Positions 46,672 to 55,202 of a DNA stretch of 64,000 nucleotides are shown in pieces. The DNA lies in contig SVRR01000002.1 in assembly GCA_015064745.1 (NCBI GenBank), positions 74,454 through 138,453 of the forward strand. The letters run 5' to 3'. Numbering within the stretch: position 1 is the stretch's first letter; every line of letters begins with the position of its first letter. A program made the position numbers and the translations under genes. This DNA comes from Oscillospiraceae bacterium. GTDB lineage: Bacteria > Bacillota > Clostridia > Oscillospirales > CAG-272. The notes under the pieces were generated by a model. The model saw only the letters and a program-made list of their open reading frames with translations. It had not been told where the DNA came from and made no database searches.

Positions 46672-47091
46672 TTACCGAATCAAGCGAAGCAAAAACGCGT
46701 TCTCCTCGGGCAAAAGCGTCTTGTCCGAAGCAAGAATGCAAAGGCAAAGCGTACAGATGGCGCGCTTGCCCTCCTTGTCCATGCTATCCACCATGCGGTC
46801 GGTCGCCGTACGCATTTTTTCGTTTTCAAAGCGTGCGGTCAAGGCGGACAGCTTTTCCTTCGTAAGGGTTGAAGAAAACAGCTCTCCCATAAAGTCGATC
46901 TCTTTCTCGGAAAGGGTACCGTCGGCACCAAGGGCGGCGGCGACGATTGCCGAGAGAAGCTCGTTTTCGTTGCCTGCTTTTATGTGCCGCAGGTGAGAAA
47001 GCGCCGTCGCCATGCTTCGGCTTGCCGTAGCGAGAAGTGCTGTGCGTGAGAGTGTGGTGTATTTTTCAAAGGTTGATTTGAGCTCGGACAT
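46672..47091 (-). CDS. hypothetical helical protein (TerB-like pattern)
   Basis: 139 aa. AAALGADGTLSEKEIDFM and ILASDKTLLPEENAFLLRL resemble the paired helices of TerB-like domains. Weak call. Confidence 0.55.
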   Translation of the reverse strand: MSELKSTFEKYTTLSRTALLATASRSMATALSHLRHIKAGNENELLSAIVAAALGADGTLSEKEIDFMGELFSSTLTKEKLSALTARFENEKMRTATDRMVDSMDKEGKRAICTLCLCILASDKTLLPEENAFLLRLIR

Positions 47092-47229
47092 AAATCCATC
47101 TCTTTCTAACTCTTTTTCTTATACTCATTTTACCATGCCGCACCTTTGTTGTCAATGAATTTTTCGAAAAAAGTTGCTTTTTTTGTCTCTCTGTGGTACA
47201 ATAAGATGAAGGAAAAATAGGGGGAGCCC

Positions 47230-48756
47230 ATGAAAAAATATATTCTTGCCTTAGACGAGGGAACGACGAGCGCCCGCGCCATCCTGTTTGACCAAAACGC
47301 CGCCGTCGTCTCGGTCGCGCAAAATGCCTTCCCGCAGTATTATCCCAAAGCGGGTTGGGTGGAGCAAAATCCGATGGAGCTTTACGCCGCCGAATACGCG
47401 GCACTCACCGAATGCGTCGCCAAAAGCGGTATCAATCCCCGCGAGATCGCCGCCGTCGGCATTACCAATCAAAGGGAGACGACCGTTGTTTGGGATAAGA
47501 AAACGGGTGAGCCCGTCTATCCCGCTATCGTTTGGCAATGCCGCCGCACGGCAGACATCTGCGAAGCCTTGGAAAAGGCGGGACACGGCGAATATATTGC
47601 CAAAACCACAGGACTTCGCATCGATCCCTACTTTAGCGGCACCAAGATAAAATGGATCCTCGATAACGTTGCGGGAGCGCGTGCACGCGCCGAGCGGGGA
47701 GAGCTTGCCTTCGGCACGGTGGATACATGGCTTTTATGGAAGCTAACGGGCGGTGAGGTCTTTGCTACCGATGTCTCCAATGCCTCGCGCACTATGCTGT
47801 GCAACATTCATACGGGCGAGTGGGATGAGAAGCTTCTCTCTATTCTTGATATCCCGCGCGCCATGCTCCCCGAAATTCGTTCCAGCAGTGAGGTGTACGG
47901 CTATCTGGACTGCATGGGAGCGAAGATCCCCATCGCGGGTATCGCCGGCGACCAGCAATCCGCCCTCTTCGGTCAAGGGTGCTTTTCCGCGGGAAACGCC
48001 AAAAACACCTATGGCACGGGATGCTTTTTGCTCGCTCATACGGGCAACCACCCTGCCAAAAGTCATGAGGGCATGCTCACGACGCTTGCCGCCACCGAAA
48101 AAGGAAGAGCGCTTGAATACGCGCTTGAGGGAAGCGTCTTTGTCGGCGGTGCGGTCATCAGCTGGCTCAAAAACGAATTGCACCTCATTCATGCGGCACA
48201 GGACAGCGAATATTTTGCTTCCCGTGTTCCCGATACGGGCGGTGTTTATATCGTCCCTGCCTTTGCGGGGCTCGGCGCTCCCACATGGGATATGCACGCG
48301 CGAGGCACGATCGTCGGTCTTACTGCCGGCACCGGTAGAAATCATATCATCCGCGCCGCGCTTGAATCGATTGCCTTTCAAACAGAGGACGTTCTTTCCG
48401 CGATGAATCGCGATATGAAGGCGGCACTCGGTGACGAAGCAGGCATTGTCTCCTTGCGCGTGGACGGTGGGGCGTCACGGAATGACCTTCTTATGCAGAT
48501 GCAAAGCGATATCTCTGCCATTCCCGTTTTGCGTTCCGATAACGCGGAGGCAACGGCACTCGGCGCCGCCTTCCTCGCGGGACTTGCGGTCGGCTTCTTT
48601 GAAAGCAGAGATGCGCTTCCGATAAAGAGTCAAGACCATCGCGCTTTTTATCCTAACATCGACAGTGAAGAAAGAAAAAAAGAGAAAAAAGCTTGGGCAA
48701 GAGCCGTATGCGCCTGCCGTGCTTTTTCCAACGTTTACGAAAGCGAGGAAATTTAA
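47230..48756 (+). CDS. glpK: glycerol kinase
   Basis: [33 protein letters not shown] and [19 protein letters not shown]-17-TACAAT promoter lies upstream. Confidence 0.96.
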   Translation: MKKYILALDEGTTSARAILFDQNAAVVSVAQNAFPQYYPKAGWVEQNPMELYAAEYAALTECVAKSGINPREIAAVGITNQRETTVVWDKKTGEPVYPAIVWQCRRTADICEALEKAGHGEYIAKTTGLRIDPYFSGTKIKWILDNVAGARARAERGELAFGTVDTWLLWKLTGGEVFATDVSNASRTMLCNIHTGEWDEKLLSILDIPRAMLPEIRSSSEVYGYLDCMGAKIPIAGIAGDQQSALFGQGCFSAGNAKNTYGTGCFLLAHTGNHPAKSHEGMLTTLAATEKGRALEYALEGSVFVGGAVISWLKNELHLIHAAQDSEYFASRVPDTGGVYIVPAFAGLGAPTWDMHARGTIVGLTAGTGRNHIIRAALESIAFQTEDVLSAMNRDMKAALGDEAGIVSLRVDGGASRNDLLMQMQSDISAIPVLRSDNAEATALGAAFLAGLAVGFFESRDALPIKSQDHRAFYPNIDSEERKKEKKAWARAVCACRAFSNVYESEEI

Positions 48757-49680
48757 ATGGGCGTTTTTGTAACATCCCTACGCGTCTCCTCCTCGGATGG
48801 CATCCATGCCCTCGCGGGCGTTGCCGTGGTGCCGCAGGGAAAGCCGCGTGCCATTCTCCATATCGTGCACGGAATGACCGAGCACATCTCTCGCTATACC
48901 CCTACTATGAGAGCCCTTGCAGAAAAAGGCGTGCTTTGTGTCGGCTACGATAACCTTGGACACGGCTATACTGCAAAGGAAGGAGAGCACGGCTTCATTG
49001 CCGAAAAGGACGGGCATATGCTCCTTGCCAAGGACGTTGCTCTTTTTGCCGCCGCTGTCAAGGCACGCTACGGGGAGAATATCCCTTATATCCTGATGGG
49101 GCACAGCATGGGCTCGTTTATCGTCCGCCTTGCCGCCGCCAACACCTTCCGTCCCGATAAGCTCATCGTGATGGGCACGGGTGGAAAAAATCCCTTGTCG
49201 GGCGTCGCCCTCGCGCTCATCGCCATGAATCAAAAGCGTTACGGCGCAAAGCATTATTCCCCCTTTCTTGATAAGCTTGCCTTCGGTGGCTACAATGACC
49301 GCTTTAAGGGAGAGGGCGGCGAGCGTAATCTTTGGATCACCACTCTGCCCGAGGTGCGTAAAAAATACGCCGCCGATTCCCTTTGCAGCTTCCGTTTCTG
49401 CGTCAGCGCCATGGGAGATCTCATTCGCCTTTCAAAAGAAACGAATGAAGCAAAATGGTATAAAAATCTAGACAAAGCCATTCCCATCCTTCTCGTTTCC
49501 GGCGGGGAGGATCCCGTGGGGAAATTCGGAAAGGGCGTAAGAGAGGTTTACGATAAGCTGGTCTCTACGGGACATAACGCGAAAATAAAGCTTTACGAGG
49601 GCGCGCGTCACGAGATTTTGAATGACTTTTGCCGTGAGGCGGTTGTCTCCGATCTTCTTGCGTTCATCGATGAAAAGTAA
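48757..49680 (+). CDS. alpha/beta hydrolase (lysophospholipase / monoacylglycerol lipase-like)
   Basis: HIVHGMTEHISRY and the nucleophile elbow GHSMGS. Starts immediately after the glpK stop. Confidence 0.85.
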   Translation: MGVFVTSLRVSSSDGIHALAGVAVVPQGKPRAILHIVHGMTEHISRYTPTMRALAEKGVLCVGYDNLGHGYTAKEGEHGFIAEKDGHMLLAKDVALFAAAVKARYGENIPYILMGHSMGSFIVRLAAANTFRPDKLIVMGTGGKNPLSGVALALIAMNQKRYGAKHYSPFLDKLAFGGYNDRFKGEGGERNLWITTLPEVRKKYAADSLCSFRFCVSAMGDLIRLSKETNEAKWYKNLDKAIPILLVSGGEDPVGKFGKGVREVYDKLVSTGHNAKIKLYEGARHEILNDFCREAVVSDLLAFIDEK

Positions 49681-49692
49681 ATCTTTATTTAC

Positions 49693-49728
49693 AAAAAGAA
49701 CCGTTTTATAGAAAACGGTTCTTTTTTT
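49693..49728. terminator. bidirectional rho-independent terminator
   Basis: AGAACCGTTTT-atag-AAAACGGTTCT, flanked by AAAA and TTTTTT. Confidence 0.75.
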
Positions 49729-49731
49729 GCT

Positions 49732-50331
49732 TTATTTGCGGTCGTAGGCAGGGTTGAATGCGTAGAAATTCTTTGAATCGAGTCTATCTTGCGCGATGCG
49801 GAGCGCGTCGCCAAAGCGCTGATAGTGCACGAGCTCTCTTTGTCGCAAATATTTGATGGGGTCTCGCACGTCGGGATCGTCTACAAGACGCAGGATGTTG
49901 TCGTAGGTCACGCGCGCCTTTTGCTCTGCCGCTAAGTCCTCGTTGAGATCCGCGATAACGTCACCCTTGACACCTACGTATTTCATGTCGAAGGGCACGC
50001 CTGCCGCGCTTTGCGGATAAAGCCCTGCCGTGTGATCCACGAAGTAGGTCTCCATGCCTGCGCGCTTGATGTCTTCGGGAGATGCGCCCTTCATCAACTG
50101 ATGCAGGATGGCGGCGATCATTTCGAGGTGCGCAAGTTCCTCGGTGCCCACGTCGGTCAAGATACCGACCACCTCGTTATAAGGCATGGAATATCTTTGA
50201 TGCAGATAGCGCATGGAAGCGGCGAGCTCGCCGTCGGGACCGCCCAGCTGGCTGATAATGACCTTTGCGATGGCGGGGTTGGGGTTTTTAATTTTAACGG
50301 GATATTGCAGCTTTTTGTCGTAGCTCCACAT
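49732..50331 (-). CDS. cotJC: spore coat protein CotJC (manganese catalase family)
   Basis: MWSYDKKLQYPVKIKNPNP...GELAASMRYLHQRYSMP...EELAHLEMIAAIL: CotJC / Mn-catalase di-metal motifs. Confidence 0.9.
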   Translation of the reverse strand: MWSYDKKLQYPVKIKNPNPAIAKVIISQLGGPDGELAASMRYLHQRYSMPYNEVVGILTDVGTEELAHLEMIAAILHQLMKGASPEDIKRAGMETYFVDHTAGLYPQSAAGVPFDMKYVGVKGDVIADLNEDLAAEQKARVTYDNILRLVDDPDVRDPIKYLRQRELVHYQRFGDALRIAQDRLDSKNFYAFNPAYDRK

Positions 50332-50333
50332 GA

Positions 50334-50591
50334 TTAATTTGCCTCCTTTTCCCAAGGCCAAGGGCCGTCGATCCACCCGAAATGAGAGGCGTCACATACG
50401 CTTGTGTTTGTGATGGCGCCGTATTTCTTTTCGTATTCCGCGCGCAGACGCATGGCAGTCTCGCGGTGACGGTGATAATACGCTAGGCCGTGGCGGCAAT
50501 CGGGATGACCGTCAAGATAAAGCACCGCCTCGTAGACGGCAAAATCTTCTGCTTGCAGCTTGTGAAGCAGGCGGGAACGATCGTCACACAT
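50334..50591 (-). CDS. cotJB: spore coat protein CotJB
   Basis: LLHKLQAEDFAVYEAVLYLDGHPDC...YEKKYGAIT: CotJB pattern. Positioned between cotJA and cotJC. Confidence 0.85.
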   Translation of the reverse strand: MCDDRSRLLHKLQAEDFAVYEAVLYLDGHPDCRHGLAYYHRHRETAMRLRAEYEKKYGAITNTSVCDASHFGWIDGPWPWEKEAN

Positions 50592-50854
50592 CAGCAGTTC
50601 CTCCCATCTCCGTAAAAGGGCTTCTCAAGCGCGATAAAAACAGTACCGCGCGTAAGTGCCTCATTGGGCTCGTAAAGACCTTCAAATGCTTGCTCGGGTG
50701 AATACACCATGGCAAGCGACATCCCCGCTAAGGGATCATGCCCCGATGCGCAGGGAGCTTTTGCGTCGGTCTCAGCAGTCTCGCCGCATCCGCAGTTGCG
50801 CCGAAAGCGACAGCCGCCGCCAAAGACCGGATAAAAAATTTCCTTAGATTCCAA
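50591..50854 (-). CDS. cotJA: spore coat-associated protein CotJA
   Basis: LAMVYSPEQAFEGLYEPNEALTRGTVFIALEKPFYG matches the CotJA core. TTG start with an AAAGGAG RBS. 1-nt overlap with cotJB. Confidence 0.8.
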   Translation of the reverse strand: MESKEIFYPVFGGGCRFRRNCGCGETAETDAKAPCASGHDPLAGMSLAMVYSPEQAFEGLYEPNEALTRGTVFIALEKPFYGDGRNC

Positions 50855-50947
50855 GAGAAGTCACTCCTTTGCTGTTATGAGCTTTCGCTCATTTACAGAA
50901 TATGAAACAAGGAAACTTTCGTTCCAAGCGTCGTATGGGAAATCCTC

Positions 50948-50976
50948 TTGACAATGCGTAAAAGCCGTGCTATAAT
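50948..50976 (+). promoter_or_regulatory. sigma-A consensus promoter (TTGACA-17-TATAAT)
   Basis: TTGACA at 50948-50953, 17-nt spacer, TATAAT at 50971-50976, upstream of the 51027 gene. Confidence 0.6.
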
Positions 50977-51026
50977 CAAAATAAAATTCCCAAAAACGAA
51001 AGAACTAGTGATTGGGAGGACGAAAA

Positions 51027-52259
51027 ATGACACTTGAAGAACTCATGACGCGCGTCGGCTGTGAGAAATGGCCCGAGCGCTGGAACGATATTTACGACGC
51101 GGTAGCCGCCAACTTTGAAAAAAACGGCTGTATTTACCTTACACCCGAATATTATGATGATACCGCCAAGAAATACGGCGTGTTTGAAGGACGGCTTGAC
51201 CTATACAAGCGGGCAGCGGCGGCGGTAGCCGAGAACAAGGAGCTTTCCCTCTTTTTCGCGCTCGTTTGCCGCGCTGTCGAAAATAGAGGAACTGCCTTTG
51301 GGGAGCTTAGGGCGGTTAAGCTTCCGAAAAGCCCTGAAGGGGAGCATATCCTTGCTCTCGATATGCTCGAAGCGCTGATCATCTTCTCGCAGATCCCTTA
51401 TTGTTACAGTCTCTTTTCGGCACGCAAGCTTCCCGAGGAGCTGGTGCGGTTGATGCTTTGCAAGCTGGAATACGGCGTCACGAACTACGAGCTTCGTCAC
51501 GGTGTGCCGGGGTATGCGCATCTTCTTTGGAATCAGCATATTATCAACTGCGAGCTTTTCCGTATCGGACGCTTGGAGCTTGAGCTTTGCCAAACCTGCT
51601 ATGCGGGTGTTTCTGTCTTTGAAAACAAAAAAGGCGAGAGGGTCGCTCTCGTCGATAACGTTCGTATGCACAAGGACGGACGTACTCTCGGCATTATCTT
51701 TTACGAGGATGAAACGGATGCGTGGGATGCTGTCATCACCGAAACGGAAACCGATTATATCGGCTACGCGACGGACGGCACGGGGCGCGCCTCTCATGTG
51801 GAGACAAAGCTTCCCAAATCCGAGTGGCGGCGCATTTTATCGCCAAACGATAAGGTCATCAGCATTCATATTCCCGCGGACGGAAAACTTGACGACGCAG
51901 CCGTAAGGGCTACATATCCCGAAATGCAAAAATTCGTCGAAACCTATTTCCCCGATTTTGATTACAAGGCATTCTACTGCGCCTCGTGGCTATTAGATCC
52001 CACGCTGGAAGAGCTTCTCGGCAGTGAGTCTAATATCGTGAAATTCGGTAAGGGCTTTCGCCATCGCTTTATCGCGAGAGACGCGGGCTACGGCGTCTTC
52101 CACTTTGCCTTCCGTGTCAAGGGGAAGCCCGGCACGGATTACCCCTTTGACGATCTCCCCGAAAACACGCGCCTGTTTAAAGCCGTCAAGGAGCATTACA
52201 AAGGCGGGCGCGGCATTTACGCGGTTTCCGGTGTCTTCTTCCCGGACGAAATGCCGTAA
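51027..52259 (+). CDS. hypothetical protein (possibly the NAT_N/GNAT_C acyltransferase-like family, ex-DUF5596)
   Basis: ATG 51027 lies 6 nt after GGGAGGA. The segment WNQHIINCELFRIGRLELE resembles the conserved core of that family as I remember it. No search was done. Confidence 0.65.
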   Translation: MTLEELMTRVGCEKWPERWNDIYDAVAANFEKNGCIYLTPEYYDDTAKKYGVFEGRLDLYKRAAAAVAENKELSLFFALVCRAVENRGTAFGELRAVKLPKSPEGEHILALDMLEALIIFSQIPYCYSLFSARKLPEELVRLMLCKLEYGVTNYELRHGVPGYAHLLWNQHIINCELFRIGRLELELCQTCYAGVSVFENKKGERVALVDNVRMHKDGRTLGIIFYEDETDAWDAVITETETDYIGYATDGTGRASHVETKLPKSEWRRILSPNDKVISIHIPADGKLDDAAVRATYPEMQKFVETYFPDFDYKAFYCASWLLDPTLEELLGSESNIVKFGKGFRHRFIARDAGYGVFHFAFRVKGKPGTDYPFDDLPENTRLFKAVKEHYKGGRGIYAVSGVFFPDEMP

Positions 52260-52267
52260 TATACGAA

Positions 52268-52318
52268 AAATAGCGCGAGTTTCAAAAGAAACTCGCGCTA
52301 TTTGTGTTTTATTTTTTT
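52268..52318. terminator. strong bidirectional terminator (16-bp stem)
   Basis: AAATAGCGCGAGTTTC-aaaa-GAAACTCGCGCTATTT (52268-52303), then GTGTTTTATTTTTTT. Marks the left edge of the AT-rich block. Confidence 0.8.
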
Positions 52319-53472
52319 CTGTAAAATGTCACGCCGTCGTTGTCCGTTCTCCATTCTTGGTTGCAGTCGTCGTAGAATTTGCCATCGTGCGTTTCTTCGA
52401 TGGTATAGGTTACGCCGTTTTCGGTAACCTCCCACTTTCTTGGCTGCTTCGGCGTTGTAGGACGATCCTTGAATATTGCCTTAAAGATGAAATAGCAGAT
52501 CGCAAGCAGGATAGCCAACAGAATCATGGGTGCATAGATCAAAAAGCCGCATCCCACGAGAGCGTAGGACCATTCGGGCAGCTTTTTGCAGAAATAGAAA
52601 TATCCCCCAAGAATGCAAACAAGCGAGATGATGACCAAAAGAAGATTCCAAGTCATATCCTCTTTGTCGCTGAATTGGCGTATTACGCCGATCGAGGTTA
52701 TCAGTGTTAGAGCCGTACCGATCACGCAAAGCGGCTTGCTCGTCTTCTCCGAAAAGGGATGATGTACGCCGAGATAAACGAGATAGGAGGGAAGAAGAGC
52801 ATAGCACCAAAGGGATACGTAGTCGTAGTCGAAAATTTTTTCAACGATCTCGAAATCGAAACAATTTCCCAAACTTTGGAGCAGATAGGATATACTGCCT
52901 ATCCCATTGCCAAAGGTGTTGAAGAGGATAGCAGGCAGCGAACTGTAGAAATTGATGGAGCCCAAATTCGCAACGAGCAACAGGAAAATTCCTAAATAAA
53001 ATGCGGAAATGATTATAAAAACACTTCTTCTTTCGATGAAGGTTTTTTTCTCTTCCTCTGTTAAGCCTACAGCCTTTTTTGCCCAAAGCAGTGTCAAAAT
53101 ACCGAGAACGCCCGCAAGCACGGGAAGCCAGTCAACCATGATTGGAGACCACCACTCGCAAAACAGCTTTTGAAAGTGCTTAAAGCTCTCACTTTCGATT
53201 CCGAACATAAGTTTTAGGACGTATGGTATGTACCGACGAAAAAGGCCCCAAAAAATCATTGTTATACCGGCGTAGTAGCTCTTTTTGAGGAAAAAAGATA
53301 ACAATAGGTTGACGGCGATTACCGAGATCCAAAAGAGCATAAAGCTGCCGAAAGAATCGTCTTTGCGGTAATATTCGTGAGTCATAGCCAATACCAAAAA
53401 CAGAAGTACAGAATCAATGATGCCCAAAAGAAGGGGGTAATTAAGAGATTTCTTTGTTTTGACGGTTTCCAT
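52309..53472 (-). CDS. hypothetical polytopic membrane protein (~9-10 TM) with a small soluble C-terminal tail
   Basis: 387 aa, AAAGGAGA RBS. Hydrophobic throughout. The tail is PRKWEVTENGVTYTIEETHDGKFYDDCNQEWRTDNDGVTFYRKK. AT-rich codon usage relative to the flanks. Confidence 0.7.
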   Translation of the reverse strand: METVKTKKSLNYPLLLGIIDSVLLFLVLAMTHEYYRKDDSFGSFMLFWISVIAVNLLLSFFLKKSYYAGITMIFWGLFRRYIPYVLKLMFGIESESFKHFQKLFCEWWSPIMVDWLPVLAGVLGILTLLWAKKAVGLTEEEKKTFIERRSVFIIISAFYLGIFLLLVANLGSINFYSSLPAILFNTFGNGIGSISYLLQSLGNCFDFEIVEKIFDYDYVSLWCYALLPSYLVYLGVHHPFSEKTSKPLCVIGTALTLITSIGVIRQFSDKEDMTWNLLLVIISLVCILGGYFYFCKKLPEWSYALVGCGFLIYAPMILLAILLAICYFIFKAIFKDRPTTPKQPRKWEVTENGVTYTIEETHDGKFYDDCNQEWRTDNDGVTFYRKK

Positions 53473-53652
53473 AATTGTCTCCTTTAAACAATCAAATTAC
53501 AGATTTTTTCCATGGGGGCTCCTCGAAGCCTTTTATTACGAGTTGATCGATCTGTCTGCTCCGGATGCGCCGAGTGCGAACACTGTTCTTTATTTGGGAA
53601 GTACGGCGAGTGAAGTGACCGCCATTTAGTTCACAAGCCGTACTTTTTAGGA

Positions 53653-55032
53653 TTAACGAAAACCGATTTTAATCTCCTCCTCATATGGCTCCCACATTTT
53701 CAACGCCTTATCAACCGCTTTGAACGGTCTTGCAGCGCAATAATTGTCACAGCAGTTTTCGCCCTGTACCTCTTTATGGCCGCGATTCGTACAAAAATAC
53801 TTAACATGCTCTTCGGAAATGATTGTACCGGTATTCACATTTTCCGTTCGCTTAACAGTTTCACCGCCATACAAGCAAGTCTTGCACGTTTGATTTTGCT
53901 CAAAAAGTGATGCACGAAGTGACAATGGAAGGTCAAAGTTTATCTTGCCGTCGCTTGTTTTTTCTCCCAAGAGCTTTCCTTCCTCACATGCCAAACGCAA
54001 TGCCTCGCGGAGAACCAACATAATGTCCTTTGCTTCTTGAAGCTCGGCAGAAACTCTGGATTCTTCACTCTTGTGGTTCTTATTTGATTTTACAGTATAA
54101 ACAACATAAATATCAATTATTATCCAAAACGCTCCCCATAACAAGCAAAGCGTGCCAAAGGTGCGACCTAATTCGTGCGAAGCGAAGCAACGAAAAACAA
54201 GTCCGACGATCAACGGAACTACACAAAAGAGGAAGCTGTTGATTTTTCCCGCAACCTTTCGGCGTTTGAGAGCTCCGTCTTTTTTTTCTAAATCTTCTAT
54301 CTTTTTTTCTTGGTCGCGAATAGCACGTTCACACGCTTTTATACGTATCGTGAGGTCTTCTTCCTTCGCGCGCGTGGAAGCGGTGCTTCGTGCGCTTGCG
54401 GTCGATTTTTGCTCTTTTGGGGAAGCCGGCTTTTTTTCTTGCACGGCGCACGAAAGCGAGAATTGATTGGAATACGTTTTTCCCTTGAAGACTTCCTTCC
54501 ATTGCCGGCGGGAGCCTGCATAATGCACCTTTTTAGTGCTTCCGCTGAAAGCATACTCCTCGATGACTTGTACGGAGATCGGAACGTGGATCTCTTTGAT
54601 CACTGTGCCGCTGAATGCAGATCGGCATATTTTTTTAATACCATCGGGTAAAACCACCTCTTTGAGAGAAGAAGCCTTGTCGAAAAGAGCCCACGGTATT
54701 TCGATCAAGCTCTGAGGCAACACAACCTTTTTTAGCGCGGAGCAGGAGGCAAACGTGTGATCTCCAAGAACCTTGATCGAATCGGGAAGAATGATTTCCT
54801 CTAACGAGGAGCAGCCATTAAAAGCATAGCTTTGAATACTCAAAAGTGTGTCGGGGAGCGAGACGGAGCGAAGCAGGGAACAGCAGTTAAAGGCCGAGTG
54901 GCGAATTTCGACAACGCCCTCGGGCACCTCCGCGTGCTCCGCAAGAGTATCCTTCAACCGAATGATGGCATACCTTCCATCACCGAGATCCTCGTAATCA
55001 AATGCGTTTAATTTTGCTTCTAACTCCGTCAT
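53653..55032 (-). CDS. BspA-type leucine-rich-repeat protein fused to a coiled coil, TM hairpin and Cys-rich C-terminal module
   Basis: AAGGAGA RBS and an acidic N-terminus with no signal peptide. LRR_5-like repeats (IRHSAFNCCSLLRSVSLPDTLLSIQSYAFNGCSSLEEIILPDSIKVLGDHTF...). Two TM helices (FLFCVVPLIVGLVF, LCLLWGAFWIIIDIYVVY). C-terminus CKTC...C...CCDNYC. Confidence 0.8.
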   Translation of the reverse strand: MTELEAKLNAFDYEDLGDGRYAIIRLKDTLAEHAEVPEGVVEIRHSAFNCCSLLRSVSLPDTLLSIQSYAFNGCSSLEEIILPDSIKVLGDHTFASCSALKKVVLPQSLIEIPWALFDKASSLKEVVLPDGIKKICRSAFSGTVIKEIHVPISVQVIEEYAFSGSTKKVHYAGSRRQWKEVFKGKTYSNQFSLSCAVQEKKPASPKEQKSTASARSTASTRAKEEDLTIRIKACERAIRDQEKKIEDLEKKDGALKRRKVAGKINSFLFCVVPLIVGLVFRCFASHELGRTFGTLCLLWGAFWIIIDIYVVYTVKSNKNHKSEESRVSAELQEAKDIMLVLREALRLACEEGKLLGEKTSDGKINFDLPLSLRASLFEQNQTCKTCLYGGETVKRTENVNTGTIISEEHVKYFCTNRGHKEVQGENCCDNYCAARPFKAVDKALKMWEPYEEEIKIGFR

Positions 55033-55202
55033 AGTTTCTCCTTAACGTCTTTTATTGTGCGGAAATTAATCCGTCTGTTAAATGTTTGCATTGCCTATCG
55101 GCACGATTAATTTTTCGGGCGCCTCGATCTCGTAAGCCAAGCAACACTTCGCTTTTGACTCTCTTACCATCAATGACGCCCGATTTTGTTAAGATAGCCG
55201 TT

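Noticed and set aside
50872-50904. A sigma-E-like promoter for cotJABC. The minus strand reads tCATATTc ... CATAACAg, and cotJ is sigma-E dependent in B. subtilis.
   Set aside because: The two boxes resemble the sigma-E -35 and -10 elements, but the 19-nt gap seems longer than I expect, and I cannot verify the consensus spacing from memory. Left as unconfirmed.
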